Shown: positions 38,600-51,059, counted from the whole stretch's first letter. The stretch is DNA of 55,156 nt, filler included, from Squatina squatina (GCA_031763465.1; 3 parts of 3 records of this genome joined end to end with filler, not necessarily neighbours in it); one strand, 5' to 3'. Notes: generated by a model not told the origin, from the sequence alone. Translations and numbers: made by a program.

Positions 38600-39172
38600 G
38601 TAAGGTTTTAAGGAAAGAGAAATATGAGAACAGATTGGCAGCTAACATAAAAGGGATTTCAAAAGTCCTCTATAGGCATATAAACAGTAAAAAGGTAGTA
38701 AGAGGAGGGATGGGGCCAATTTTGGCCCAAAAGGAGACCTACACATGGAGACAGAAGGCATGGCTGAGGTACTAAATGAATACTTTGCATCTGTCTTTAC
38801 CAAGGGAGAGGATGCTGCCAAAGTCATAGTGAAAGTGGAGGCAGTTGAGATACTAGATGGGATAAAAATTGATAAAGAGGAGGTAGAAAGGCTGGCTGTA
38901 CTTAAAGTAGATAAGTCACCAGTATCGTATGGGATGCAACCTAGGAGGCTGAGAAAAATTAAGGTGGAAATTGCGGAAGTACTGGCCATCTTCCAATCCT
39001 CCTTGGATACGGAGGTGGTGCCAGAGGGCTGGAGAATTGCAAATGTTACACCCTTGTTCAAAAAGGGTGTAAGGGTACCCAGCAACTACAGCCCAGTCAG
39101 TTTAACCTTGGTAGTGGGGAAGCTTTTGGAAACAGTAATCAGAGGCAAAGTTAACAGTCTTTTGGACAAGTG
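38600..39172 (+). mobile_element. CR1 LINE ORF2 fragment
   Basis: MAEVLNEYFASVFTK...LKVDKSP...VPEGWRIANVTPLFKKG...NYSPVSLTLVVGKLLE. Confidence 0.93.
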
Positions 39173-39272
39173 NNNNNNNNNNNNNNNNNNNNNNNNNNNN
39201 NNNNNNNNNNNNNNNNNNNNNNNNNNNNNNNNNNNNNNNNNNNNNNNNNNNNNNNNNNNNNNNNNNNNNNNN

Positions 39273-39432
39273 CCTTTGAACATCAACATTTCCCAATCTC
39301 TCGCCATTTAAAAAATAATCTGCATTTCTGTTTTTTTCTACCAAAGTGGTAACTTCACATTTTTCCACATAATTTTCCATCTGCCATGTTCTAGCCCATT
39401 CACTTAGCCAGTCTAAATCCGCTTGCAGCCTC
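39273..39432 (-). mobile_element. CR1 LINE ORF2 fragment
   Basis: RLQADLDWLSEWARTWQMENYVEKCEV. Confidence 0.85.
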
Positions 39433-39602
39433 TTTTCCTTGGAGAAAAGGAGCAAAGAGAGAAATGATGCATTTGCACCTGGGAAATTTTCTTGAACCAT
39501 GTTGCTTTAGTTAACATGGTCTGTTGCACGTCTTTCTTCGCAAGTTTAATAATCTTTAATTCATGAAAAAAAGCTAATTTGTCTTTTGAATTTAATTTTT
39601 AG

Positions 39603-39860
39603 GATAATCCACACTTTGATATGCATTTTGATAAAGTTTATGGTTGGGAATCTACCAGCACAGCCTCCAAGTATACCTTTGTCCGATGTTTGCAGGAGCT
39701 TAATCACCACTACCTGGGAAAGAAGATCACATTTGTGAATTTTGACATTGATTACTTAATTGGGACCAGTTCAAGTATGAATAGAGGGGATTGTATGCTT
39801 GCTCTGAATATGTGTGTGTTGTATATTTGTAACTGTGTGTGTTTGTCTTTGTGTAGATAA
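39603..39860 (+). CDS. EXOC1L: EXOC1L terminal coding exon
   Basis: DNPHFDMHFDKVYGWESTSTASKYTFVRCLQELNHHYLGKKITFVNFD...CNCVCLSLCR-stop; acceptor tttttag; end of the Sec3 N-terminal PH-like domain plus VCLSLC tail. The middle exon is not visible. Confidence 0.87.
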   Translation, partial: DNPHFDMHFDKVYGWESTSTASKYTFVRCLQELNHHYLGKKITFVNFDIDYLIGTSSSMNRGDCMLALNMCVLYICNCVCLSLCR

Positions 39861-40412
39861 AAATCATGGCAAATATTCAAAGTGAGCTGTACAGCTCACG
39901 TCAATAACTGCTTGTTGACAAAAAAATAGATAACAGTCTTTAATCCTTTAAGGACAGGAGCATACTTTGCTTCTGAAAATCAACAATATTTCTATTGTGG
40001 CTTTAATGGCATGCCAAATATGACAGATTATTACAAACATACATTATTGAACACCATTACTTAGATTCATTTATTTCAGGTATAGATTCTCCCCCTTGGT
40101 TATTGAAATCCTTATCAAAACTGCACATGAATATGGATTGATGGAAGAAACCCCCTCCACAGACTGCAGGGAAGTGAACAACATGAAACTAAAGACCAAG
40201 TATGCTGGAATGGATGTACATATCATAGATCTACTAAACCACCAGAGAAACAGATCAGACTAACTAAGTTAATGGAGGTGAAATANNNNNNNNNNNNNNN
40301 NNNNNNNNNNNNNNNNNNNNNNNNNNNNNNNNNNNNNNNNNNNNNNNNNNNNNNNNNNNNNNNNNNNNNNNNNNNNNNNNNNNNNAGTGTGCCAAAGTGT
40401 GGCAGGGCGTGT

Positions 40413-41124
40413 AATGGATGGCACAGTGGATAAGGGCAGTATGCTTTCATTTCTGATTCCTGTGTTCATCTGCATCCGAGACTAATTCTACAGGCTGCAA
40501 AGTGTCTCTGTAAAACAAGTTCAGAGCCGTCGAGACTCAGTTCCCAGTTGATACAAGCACAAATGTTCGCAATATGGCACAGAATTTTCAGTCTCCCTCA
40601 CAGAAGAGTGAAACAGTATTCACTAGTTAATGGAAATAACTGTCTAAAAGGGGAATTTATTCAAGCAAAGATTGCTAATTCTTTCAAAATGTTCTTTACA
40701 CATTCCTCCCAGGCCACACACCGTTCTCCGAACAGACAACCTGAGTGTGTCTGTCTGAGCATGCGAAACTTTCAAAATACAAACTTGGGCGTGTCAATGG
40801 AACACTATTCCATCCCATTCTGAAATTGGGTATAGCAAAATTCTGTTTGAAGTAAAGCTCCACCCACTCTGCTGAAACCTCCACAAAAGGACTTGGCACA
40901 TCATATTATTGCACCGAGCGTCTTTTCACTCTTCTGTGAGCGAGACTGAAAATTCCGTGCTCGATTGCAGGCAGTTGTGCCTATATCAACTGGGAACTGA
41001 GTTGAGACTGCACTGAACTTCTTTCATGTAGACACTTTGCTGCCTGTAGCATTAGTCTAGGATGCAGCCAAACACAGGAATCAGAAATTAAAGCATATTG
41101 CTCTAATCCACTGTGCCATCCATT
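40413..41124. repeat. Long inverted repeat: 201-bp arms (40413-40613 and 40924-41124) with a 310-bp spacer
   Basis: Manual alignment of the left arm to the reverse complement of the right arm gives about 170/201 identities and no indels. Confidence 0.92.
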
Positions 41125-41229
41125 CCCTCGTGTTCCATAATTTTTAAGATGATCGAAGTATATTTTTTGATAAACTGTGCACTGATAAACAAAATGAAAC
41201 TCTTTTTTTCACCTTTATCAGTGTTCAGA

Positions 41230-41353
41230 ATGACCGCCATCAAGCATGCTTTACAGAGGGATATTTTCACTCCAAATGATGAACGATTGCTCAGCATCGT
41301 CAATGTTTGCAAGGCAGGCAAAAAGAAGAAAAACTGCTTTCTGTGTGCTACAG
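41230..41353 (+). CDS. EXOC1: Exocyst complex component 1 (Sec3), first coding exon
   Basis: [41 protein letters not shown] matches the vertebrate EXOC1 N-terminus; donor G|gtacag; splice acceptor just 5' of the ATG. Confidence 0.96.
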
Positions 41354-41483
41354 GTACAGTTTAACATTGTTTACAGTCAGACAGTTTAATTAATGTTTCA
41401 TTAGTACATATGCCTGGGATGCATAACTTTTTTTTCATTACCAATCTAAATCATTGCTTTTTTTTTAAAAACAGTTAATCCAT

Positions 41484-41583
41484 NNNNNNNNNNNNNNNNN
41501 NNNNNNNNNNNNNNNNNNNNNNNNNNNTTAATTAATTAANNNNNNNNNNNNNNNNNNNNNNNNNNNNNNNNNNNNNNNNNNNN
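41484..41583. other. Artificial scaffold-joining linker (N44-TTAATTAATTAA-N44)
   Basis: Same structure as 20901-21000; EXOC1 stops here and unrelated genes follow. Confidence 0.95.
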
Positions 41584-43981
41584 TTTATTCACCCACACTG
41601 AGTGGCACCAGCTTAATATTATGCAAAATGATGTTGACATCTATATCAGGCCCCAGTGATTACATTGTATTTAACTCTTTTTCAATAGTTCACCCAGAAT
41701 ATTTAGAGCTGTACATCTCCATTGATGGTATTATTGGATGGACAGACAGCTAGAACAGGAAAGCAGTCACACAGAACAAGGAGTAACTTATTATAGTAAC
41801 TTACCAGAAACACCAACCAGTGCAAGGATAGGATAGTAAATTGCTTCTATCTGTGGAATTAGAGATAGTCCCATTTTCTTCGAGGCGAAGTTAGCTCTTA
41901 GCTTGATTCTTACACTGAAGCGATGCATTAAAATGGGCCCGATTTATACTTTTGAGAAAACTCAAGTGTGACAGCAGGTTAGGCAATAATTGGCATTAGT
42001 CACAGCTACTTGAACAAATTAATTAGGCAGATGTTTCGACTCCAATACTCTGCATGAATAGAAACTTGTTATTCACATTTACCACTGGGAATAAGGACAC
42101 GAACATGCAATTATTAGTTAATTTGAATTTCTTAGTTATAATGAAATATGCAGTTGCTGCATCATGGGTCAAAATAAGCTTAGGCAGAGGCTATCATTTA
42201 TGGATTTTCACATTGACAATTGCATATATCTGCTACTTGATCATGCAAGGTTTTAGTTTTCAGTCAGAGTAGCAGTATCAATGAGTGTAGCTACATTGGT
42301 CCTGAATTTTCATCGGGACAGTGGCACACATGTGGTATAAGTCATCCGAGATTACATTGCGGCATTAGGAAATTTGGATGCAACCCAACTACACAGCCTC
42401 CATTACTAGGCTGTGAATTTCTGATGGGCCCCAACTGGAGCAAAAACTCCGTCAGCCTCAAATAGGATGTGAGACGCCAAAGGAGGTATGATGGACAAAG
42501 GCAATTCTTATGGTTGGAATGCCTTCACTCATGACCTTTCTGCCACTCATACGCCTCGAACCTGAGTGAGCCTGTTGCACATAAAGCCTCGGCAGTGCAA
42601 CAGGCCTAAAGCTGGACACCCAGTGGGACTGTTAGTACCAGCGCTACTAAAGGGGGGCTTATTAAAATTCCGCACATAAACAGGTCCAGTATTTGTTTTA
42701 TCCCCTCTAGAAACCTTAAAGATGTGACTATTGTGATGCACGTCAACATTGGTGATACTCAAATGAGATGACACCACCATCTACTAATATATCCTCGGAG
42801 CCTAAGGAAGATGATCGAGGGGCATGATTCTCAAATTAGTACTAAGCCAGTTACTAGTGCAATCAGGATGTACTTTTTTATGAAATGTAGTAAAGTGAGT
42901 GAAATTTCACTCTGTAAAGCTGATTAATATTTTAGGATTGATAATCACACAAACTCTTGCTCCATTTTGTGGAGGCTGGAGAAGAGGGACATTTGTAACT
43001 GTTCACAAATATTAATCCATGTCTTCAGCTTTTGATCAGCAAGTAAAATAACTTTAAACAACAACAGGAACCCTCGTCTCAGGTTAATTCAATAACTAAT
43101 AAAATGTAACAAGTCTGAATGTAAAGTGCCAATTTCTTTGGATAGCATATCAAATGTACATTGTTTGGCTGTCTAATTTTTTCTTAATGTTTTGTGGGCT
43201 TTTAACATGACTTTCCAGCATCAACTGAAAAATGTTTGATTGTAGTCCTGAGCGAGTATATCACTTGATTAAAAACTGAAGTTAGGAATAAGGCACAAAC
43301 CTGGTGGTTGGCCTGTAGCCCAGTGGGAGACTGTTAAAATGTGGTCTCTTACAACTTTCTTTTTTAAAAAACAATGCAAGAACTTTGATGTGTAAAGGAA
43401 TGGTTATTGAATATTCTTGAATCGTAATTGTTCTCAGTAGCCATCACTTTTCCTTTCTGTAGAAGGTAAATTGTAACAGTTCGTAGTAGATTTCCGTTGT
43501 CCTGGACACTGTAAATAAATGAAAACTTAAGAATGGACATAGTAGTGACACTATCAACTGAACTTGTTTCTCTGACATCTTAACCAGAATATGAAATAAA
43601 ATGTAATGCAAATATTATGCATTATAACCGAATGCATAATTCTTTAAAATGTTTTAGGAGCTTCTATTCTAGGATACCAAAATTATTCATAATTTAAAAT
43701 TTCCAAATTGCTATGCAAAATAGGTGTAAAATGTGGATAGTTTAACTGGAAATTTGATCAAATGGTTTCCCTCTCGCATGCTTAATACCACAAATAATGA
43801 AAGGCTGACTATTTTTCATATTGAAAATATTTGTAGTACTACTCATGCTTATTATATTGACACATACCATGGGTAAGGAACGCTATGTAACTCTGGAAAT
43901 TGCAAGGATGCTTTTCCTTTTAAAGGTTGGAAGGTCTTTGCCATTTTTATAGGAAGTGTTAATTTTCAGCTCTTTCATTGA

Positions 43982-44107
43982 AACAACAACAACTTGCATT
44001 TATATAGTGTCTTCAACATAGTAAAATGTCCCAAGGCGCTTCACAGGAGCGTTAGCAAACAAAATTTGACACCAGGCCGCACAAGGAGAAATTAGGGCCG
44101 GTGACCA
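43982..44107 (-). mobile_element. L2-clade LINE or SINE 3' end
   Basis: aacaacaacaacttgcatttatatag...cccaaggcgcttcacagg, i.e. a (GTT)n tail after the gctatataaatgcaag-type terminus. Confidence 0.65.
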
Positions 44108-44499
44108 NNNNNNNNNNNNNNNNNNNNNNNNNNNNNNNNNNNNNNNNNNNNNNNNNNNNNNNNNNNNNNNNNNNNNNNNNNNNNNNNNNNNNNNNNNNNN
44201 NNNNNNNCTGAGGTGGAAACCATCAGATCCTGGGAATTTGTCAGCCTTTAGTGCCTATCTTTTTCTAATACTGTTTTCTTGCTTACATTAACTTTAGTGA
44301 GTTGTGGTCCTTAATTCATTATTAATTTCCCTGGATGTCAGGTACATTATCCTCTTCCTCAGCTGTGAAGACTGATGCAAAGCAATTGTTCAACAAGTCT
44401 TCCATTTCCTTAATTTCATCTGCAATATTACCTCCATCTGTTTTTTAAAGGACCCACCTTATTCTTGACTACCTTTGCTAATATAATTATTAAAACTTT

Positions 44500-45097
44500 G
44501 GGGTGAAATTCCCTACCGCCCCATTCTGGGCAGTAGGGCTCCGGAGCCGGGTCACTTATCGCCAGGTCCAAATCTGTTGCCCCGGTCGTGGTATTCCCCA
44601 TACCGTGGCTGGAGTGAGGTGGAGCGATGTCCGCCTCGCTCCCAGGGTGGTATTGGGGCGTTTGGTCCTGGACGTTGCTGGTGTGGCGCTGATGCTAGTG
44701 ACATCAATGCGCCATGTCTGTGCCGCAGGGTGTTTAAGTTAGACACAGCTTCCCTTAAAGGGGAGGGCCGCTGGTCATCCTCACAGCGCCCCGCGGCCCG
44801 CCACTGGGTTAACAGCCTGGCACGCCAGTCGAAGGGATGGTGACCCAATCTGTCTGTGGGCCGCCATCATTTGACCGACAAAGTTAGCTGAAAAAGAAAG
44901 ATGGCAGCCGCAGGCGCACAGGCCCTCCCCTTTAAGAGGGTCATTGCAGCGACAGGTTTTGTAAAGACCTTTGCACCCCAGCTGAATTCCCTGGGAGGCC
45001 CGATGGGCGCCTCCCGGCGCCATTTTGTCCTGTTCCGCACCATTAGCGCCCCTTGGAGGCGTTAATGGTGCACAACGTGATATTTATTTCTAGCCCC
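44500..45097. mobile_element. GC-rich non-autonomous DNA transposon of about 600 bp with imperfect terminal inverted repeats
   Basis: Starts GGGGTGAAAT and ends ATTTCTAGCCCC; internal inverted pair cccttaaaggggagggcc / ggccctcccctttaagaggg; related copy at 27647-27932. Confidence 0.65.
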
Positions 45098-45338
45098 CTG
45101 TCTTTGATATCCANNNNNNNNNNNNNNNNNNNNNNNNNNNNNNNNNNNNNNNNNNNNNNNNNNNNNNNNNNNNNNNNNNNNNNNNNNNNNNNNNNNNNNN
45201 NNNNNNNNNNNNNTCAGTCAGCATGTACTCACTCCTCTCACTCCTGGCATATGCACCCCGTAGAGCCATTAAAAAGCATTGGTCCAAATCTAAATTCTAA
45301 TAGGTATCAATGTTTATTGTAATTTAGGATGTACTTAC

Positions 45339-45440
45339 TGCTTGAACTTTCTAAGGGTTTCAGAATTTGGAGTGCCAACAACTTCATGGATTTTTGCAAT
45401 TTGATCAACTTCATTAGAACCAGGAAAAAGCGGCTGTAGG
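45339..45440 (-). CDS. MOK: MAPK/MAK/MRK overlapping kinase, internal exon
   Basis: Own translation: LQPLFPGSNEVDQIAKIHEVVGTPNSETLRKFKQ; acceptor ctgcag, donor CA|gtaagt. Confidence 0.9.
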
Positions 45441-46099
45441 CTGCAGGGAAAACATTTTTGAAATAAATATGCATTATTACAAGCTACATTAATGCAAATA
45501 ACTAATTTATACCCTTTAACTTACTTAAACGTAACATTACACAAAGTATGCTTGTGAATTTATGAAATATACAGATGATATAACCTGATGTCCTGTGAGC
45601 TCTTGTGTCACAGTATACCATTTCAGTGAAGAGAAACATCAAATGAGCTAGCCACCACTAATGTTCTTTAAAAATTCACTATTATTACATTATATGAACA
45701 CTGAAGGCAACACATTAACTATAATTTCCAGGATCCTTTCTAAGTCTCCATACTTAATGTTGCATATTTTTTGCCCAATGTGCCATACTTTGCCAATATT
45801 GAAATTAATTTGCCATTTGTCTGTCCCACTGCATCACTAATCTAAATACTCTGCAAATCTTTAATTGAGCCCTGCTTGGTCTCTTCTGACGAGCTTCTCA
45901 TTCAGCATCCAAGTAATTTATGCAGAATATTCCTGTGTCCTTCAGTATTTGGACTCTCTACCAGTGACCAAAGTGCCTTGATTGACTTGGTCAATTCCCC
46001 TTTAGGATCCTTAACGTACTATTTACAAATATTGAGTTATCAGTGAATTATTAGATTGATTACAATCAAATCACTTGTCTCGAGTGATATCAAAAATTA

Positions 46100-46414
46100 A
46101 CCCACTGACTCCCACAGCTAACTTGATTACACTTCCTCCCAACCGCTTCCTGTAAGGACTCCATTCCATTCTCCCAGTTTCTCCGTCTCACCCCGTCTGT
46201 TTTGACGACGCCACCTTCTATACCAGCGCTTCTGATAGGTCTTTCTTTTTTCTCAGAGGATCCCCCTCCACCGTGATTGACACAGCCATCAAATATCTCT
46301 GTCCCATTTTGCGCATGTCTGCTCTTACCCCTTCCCCCCCAGAACCACAATAGGGCTCCCCTTGCCTTCACCTTTCAAACTACCAGCCTCCACATTCCCA
46401 CCACCTCCAGTGTG
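46100..46414 (+). mobile_element. Penelope-like retroelement RT/thumb fragment, frameshifted
   Basis: Joining frames gives PTDSHS/LDYTSS/ASCKDSIPFSQFLRL...DDATF, the Penelope KPTD..YL...S.HP...K.SIP.SQFLRL pattern. Confidence 0.8.
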
Positions 46415-47039
46415 NNNNNNNNNNNNNNNNNNNNNNNNNNNNNNNNNNNNNNNNNNNNNNNNNNNNNNNNNNNNNNNNNNNNNNNNNNNNNNNNNNNNNN
46501 NNNNNNNNNNNNNNGCATTTTCGCCACCTGGGCGCCAGGCCCAAGGCCTCATTTTCCATTTTTAGGCCTCTACGCTGATTTCACATCTGGATTGCACCCC
46601 TAATTTCTCTGAACACTAACATTTAATTTTCTCAGCATTTCAAAAATATTCTTTTTTTTTCTATTCTTCCTAGTCACATTTCCCCACATTATACTCCATC
46701 TGCCACCTTATTGCCCACTCACTCAACCTGTCTACATCCCTTTGGAGGCTCTTTGTGTCAAATGGGACAATTTCCATTTTGGCTACCTCATGTTAATGAC
46801 AAGTAATTTTACGTCAAGTACAGTACACACAGACACTTCCCTCTACTCCGCCTTAATCTCAGAAGTTCACCCCATGCTAAATCAATGTGAATGTTTCTAT
46901 TTCTCAGTCAATAGCCAAAGCACTTCCTCCTGACAACACAGCCAAGACTGGTTAATCGCCATGTAGGAAACCTGAGGGTGTGGACTCACATCATATTACT
47001 CTGTACTACTGAAGGTCTATACAAATACATATAACATAC

Positions 47040-47088
47040 CTTAATTAAGATATTTTCTGGCTTTACATCTCGGTGAAAAATTCCATTT
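47040..47088 (-). CDS. MOK: MOK exon with the catalytic loop (HRDVKPEN)
   Basis: NGIFHRDVKPENILIK; acceptor ctatag, donor AAG|gtatgt; 49 bp, in frame with 47466-47544. Confidence 0.92.
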
Positions 47089-47465
47089 CTATAGTGAATA
47101 AAAGAAGATTTTGTAACCTAATTAGCTGAGCCATGATTTTCTTATTTATAATTTGCTAATCATTTTTATCACTATGCCATTGGTGATAACAGATGTCCAA
47201 AAATTATAAATAAAATTCTTTTCCCTGCAAGTATCAAATAAAACTCCTGAATATACAATGATTTTCTGTTATTAACTGAAATACATTTTTATGTGCATAT
47301 GCACCTTCGAATAAGTATACCACCATTGTCAGACATTACACTCAGCCAAAATAGTCCTTAAGATTAAACTTAACCATCTTAATGTCATTGTAAATTAACT
47401 CAGTTTAATAATATCAGCTGGAAAATATTTATGATGCCCATTTTCACTCTCTACGTTTTCCTTAC

Positions 47466-47544
47466 CTGTGCATGTAATCAAGGGACTTACATAGTTGATA
47501 CATGTAGCTCTTTATTTTATCTTCAGGTAAAGGATTCCTTCGTC
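47466..47544 (-). CDS. MOK: MOK internal exon
   Basis: GRRNPLPEDKIKSYMYQLCKSLDYMHR; acceptor atttag, donor AG|gtaagg. Confidence 0.92.
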
Positions 47545-48154
47545 CTAAATAAAAGAGTGTTNNNNNNNNNNNNNNNNNNNNNNNNNNNNNNNNNNNNNNN
47601 NNNNNNNNNNNNNNNNNNNNNNNNNNNNNNNNNNNNNNNNNNNNNNNNNNNNNNNNNNNNNACATGCCATTGATTTTTCTCTTAATTACAATAAAAGCAG
47701 TTTGTGCGTGTGCGTGTGTGTGTTTGCGTGGCCGCATGTGTGTATTTAGCATTTTAAAGAATTTCTAGAATAATAGATCACGTTAAAAAATTAGGTTACT
47801 TCTTTTATTAATATAACCTATATATTGTAGTTCTAAGCAAGGGAACTATGGGCTTAGATATTCGATCCATTGACTAGAAATAGTCAGAAAATCCATATGC
47901 ATAGCTGAGAGTAAACAGACACATAAAAATAAATATTCAAAATATTTTACAGCATTAAACAGAGGTTATTTATACATTATTGGCGAGTATTGGTGCTGTG
48001 CTTCATGAAAATGCAAAAAACTCTCAGATTCCGGCATCTTGCTTAGTAAGTAAAATTCAAATCAACTGAAGGTATAATGCAGTCAGATCTATAAATATTA
48101 CTTTGTTTTATAAATATATTTAATTATAATACGCATTAATGAAGCAATACTTAC

Positions 48155-48244
48155 TAGGCCACTTCATGTAACTGAAGAATATTAGGATGTAAGCTCAGTC
48201 TGCGCATAGCTTGAATTTCACGTAGATTGTTCACTTGCTCTATG
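48155..48244 (-). CDS. MOK: MOK exon (kinase subdomains III-IV)
   Basis: Own translation: IEQVNNLREIQAMRRLSLHPNILQLHEVA; acceptor aattag, donor TA|gtaagt. Confidence 0.92.
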
Positions 48245-48627
48245 CTAATTACAAAATTTGAATAGAGGACAATGGTTATCTGGGAGCTTGTTATGTGGCT
48301 GATTGGTTCAGATATAGATATAATCTACAGGCATGAAACTACAGTTTATAAATATCAACTGAACCTCAAAAATTCTATTACTTTCTACAACTTATTTTCT
48401 CATGTCTTTCTAACCAGTATAAATGGATTAACTTGTCTGTAGAAATTTACTGCATTTTAAACTGTTTATACTGGTTACATTTGTGTCTAATGTGCAATGT
48501 CACCCAATGGTATAGTGGAAATTTTAGAAGTGGCTATACTGCACATCATAGATGAGAAATTATTTCTGTGGGGTGGGGGGCGTTTGGGTTTTGGTGCAGT
48601 TCCCCAGAAAAGGTTGATTTTGATTGA

Positions 48628-49017
48628 ATCATAGAAGTTTACAGCAAAGGAGGCCATTCGGCCCATCACGTCCGTGCCAGCTGACAAAGAGCTATCCAGC
48701 CTAATCCCAATTTCCAGCACTTGGCCTTGTAGGTTACGGCACTTCAAGTGCATATCCAAGTACTTTTTAAATGCTATGAGGGTTTCTGCCTCAACCACCC
48801 TTTCAGGCAGTGAGTTNNNNNNNNNNNNNNNNNNNNNNNNNNNNNNNNNNNNNNNNNNNNNNNNNNNNNNNNNNNNNNNNNNNNNNNNNNNNNNNNNNNN
48901 NNNNNNNNNNNNNNNNAGTAGAACCTCCCTGCTCCTATACTCAAATCCTCTTGCTATGAATGCTAACATACCATTCGCTTTCTTCACTGCCTGTTGCACC
49001 TGCATGCCTACTTTTTG
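48628..49017 (-). mobile_element. CR1 LINE fragments on both sides of a gap
   Basis: QVQQAVKKANGMLAFIARGFEYRSREVL and NSLPERVVEAETLIAFKKYLDMHL. Confidence 0.88.
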
Positions 49018-50258
49018 TTCCCTTAATGATGGTGCACAGGTCTTCAGCACCAAATTGGCTTTCCCAACCTGCAATGTATCTTACTATGTGCAATGGATGC
49101 ACAGCAGGCCTCAGTGTCTAATGATATGGGTCATCCACCCCTGATGGTGAGCATTCCATTATAATCTCCAAGGTTAATCCAGGGAATTTATTTCCCTTTA
49201 CTTTGGTTGGCAATTAATGTATTAAGATCAGAATGTGTTTTTTGTTGTGATTCCCATTCACTTAAATATTTTGTGTATGATGTTCATTTATATAAGTGCA
49301 GTAGTGTTCATTCCTCTTACATTTAACGGTAATAAATTCACAGCAAAAGGCACTGAATTAAAAATGAACAAATATGTCCTGTCTCACAACACTTCTGTAT
49401 TCTGTACGTAAGCTTATGTATGTACTTACCTAAGAAGCAATGTTTTCTGATGTTTTGGTCCTCTAAATTTAAAAGATGATATAAAGTAGTTATTATTAAG
49501 ATCCTGAAGTAATTTGTCCAGAAAATGTTTTGCTTTACTCGTCATTAAAAAATTCCAGTTATATTAGCTTTGTAAAAGTCAACAAGGTATTTGAAGTGCA
49601 AAACGCTGTCATTCTTATTCCTTACTGTATTGAAATCTACCTCTGTCCATTATCAGTTCGCTGGTGGACACCTTTGGCTTCTCTTTTGTGTAAAGTTATA
49701 ACTTTTTCATTTCTCTCATAAGGTAAATCTGTTAAATTTATCTGCATCAGACCATTCAGACAGTCAGTCCATGAGGTCATACCAGTTTATTATTACATCA
49801 TCTTTCAACAGTACAAGCCACAGAGATAAGGATATATTTTCCACCAGTGAGATATAATAAATATTTCCAAAGGTAAATCTACTGAGATGATAAGACATTA
49901 TGGTCAACTTCACCACTGATGTATTTATCAGCACATTGCTGTAAAATGATACAAGGCGCCCAATTGGGGGTTTTTTTGGATGCTAAATGAGTGCTAAATC
50001 AGCGTTAATGCTTAATGCTGATTTTTGGCGCTAACTTTAGCGTCGGACAATTCGGGTCCCCAAAAAAATGGTGCTAAACGGGCGCAAACCTNNNNNNNNN
50101 NNNNNNNNNNNNNNNNNNNNNNNNNNNNNNNNNNNNNNNNNNNNNNNNNNNNNNNNNNNNNNNNNNNNNNNNNNNNNNNNNNNNNNNNNNNACCTGATTA
50201 CGAGGGAGTTTTTGCATCAAATTTCTACTAAAACTGATGCAATTTGTTTTGGTTGCAG

Positions 50259-50384
50259 TGCCGTAAACATCTAAAGTCACGAAGATTGATCTACATCAAG
50301 CAACTTGGTGTTGATAGGATTGTAGATTTTCAGTTTGGCTCTGATCAAGCAGCTTACCACTTGATTGTTGAACTGTACGACCGA
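50259..50384 (+). CDS. NEMF: Nuclear export mediator factor NEMF (Rqc2), NFACT-N exon
   Basis: Own translation: [42 protein letters not shown]; acceptor ttgcag, donor CGA|gtaagt; 126 bp. Confidence 0.95.
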
Positions 50385-51059
50385 GTAAGTCACAATAAAA
50401 GTTCGCTTTTCTTTTAAAAACGATGTAGCCAAATATTTTTGACAGGTTTATTGTTATACATACTCAACAATATTAAAGGTATTTTTTGCATGGAAGCTCA
50501 AATCTATCTCAGGCACTCTTCCTCATTCATTTGTAGCCTTTGTATCTTGGGATAAGCCTCAGGTCTCTGTAAACAGCAGTGCAATTGTCATTAGTTGTCC
50601 AGTTGGATAAATTCTCAATTTATTCTGCACCAGATTCAAACTAGTTCAAATGTTTGGCATAGTACCCAGTTTAATCTGTGCATTATTTTTTGGTGTCCAT
50701 GTATATGTCCTCACTGGAGTGTTTTATTAGTCAAAGTAAAAGTGCTTAAGTGCATGCATTCTCTGTCTTCAAGTTTTCAAATCAGTTATCAGTGGGAGAT
50801 GTAACTAATGCAATGGTTAGCACACTGTCTCTAGGAACCCTGATTAATGGGTTGAATATTTCCTCTTTCCCAAGTAGCTGTAATGTATTATGTGAAATTA
50901 TTTGGGTAGTCTTAACCCAGCTACCAGGAGAAATTAATGTACAACACATATCTACTCATAGTTTGGGACAAATTGGCATTAGAGCGGCAACTTCATTCAG
51001 AGGCGATAGAGATGATTGGCCCAACCAGTGGGGAAAAAAAATTCACACTAGTGTGGGTA

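Noticed and set aside
44500-45097. CpG-island promoter or GC-rich coding ORFs
   Set aside because: The GC-rich block has inverted termini and a second copy in the window, so a transposon explains it better; the ORFs have no recognisable motifs.
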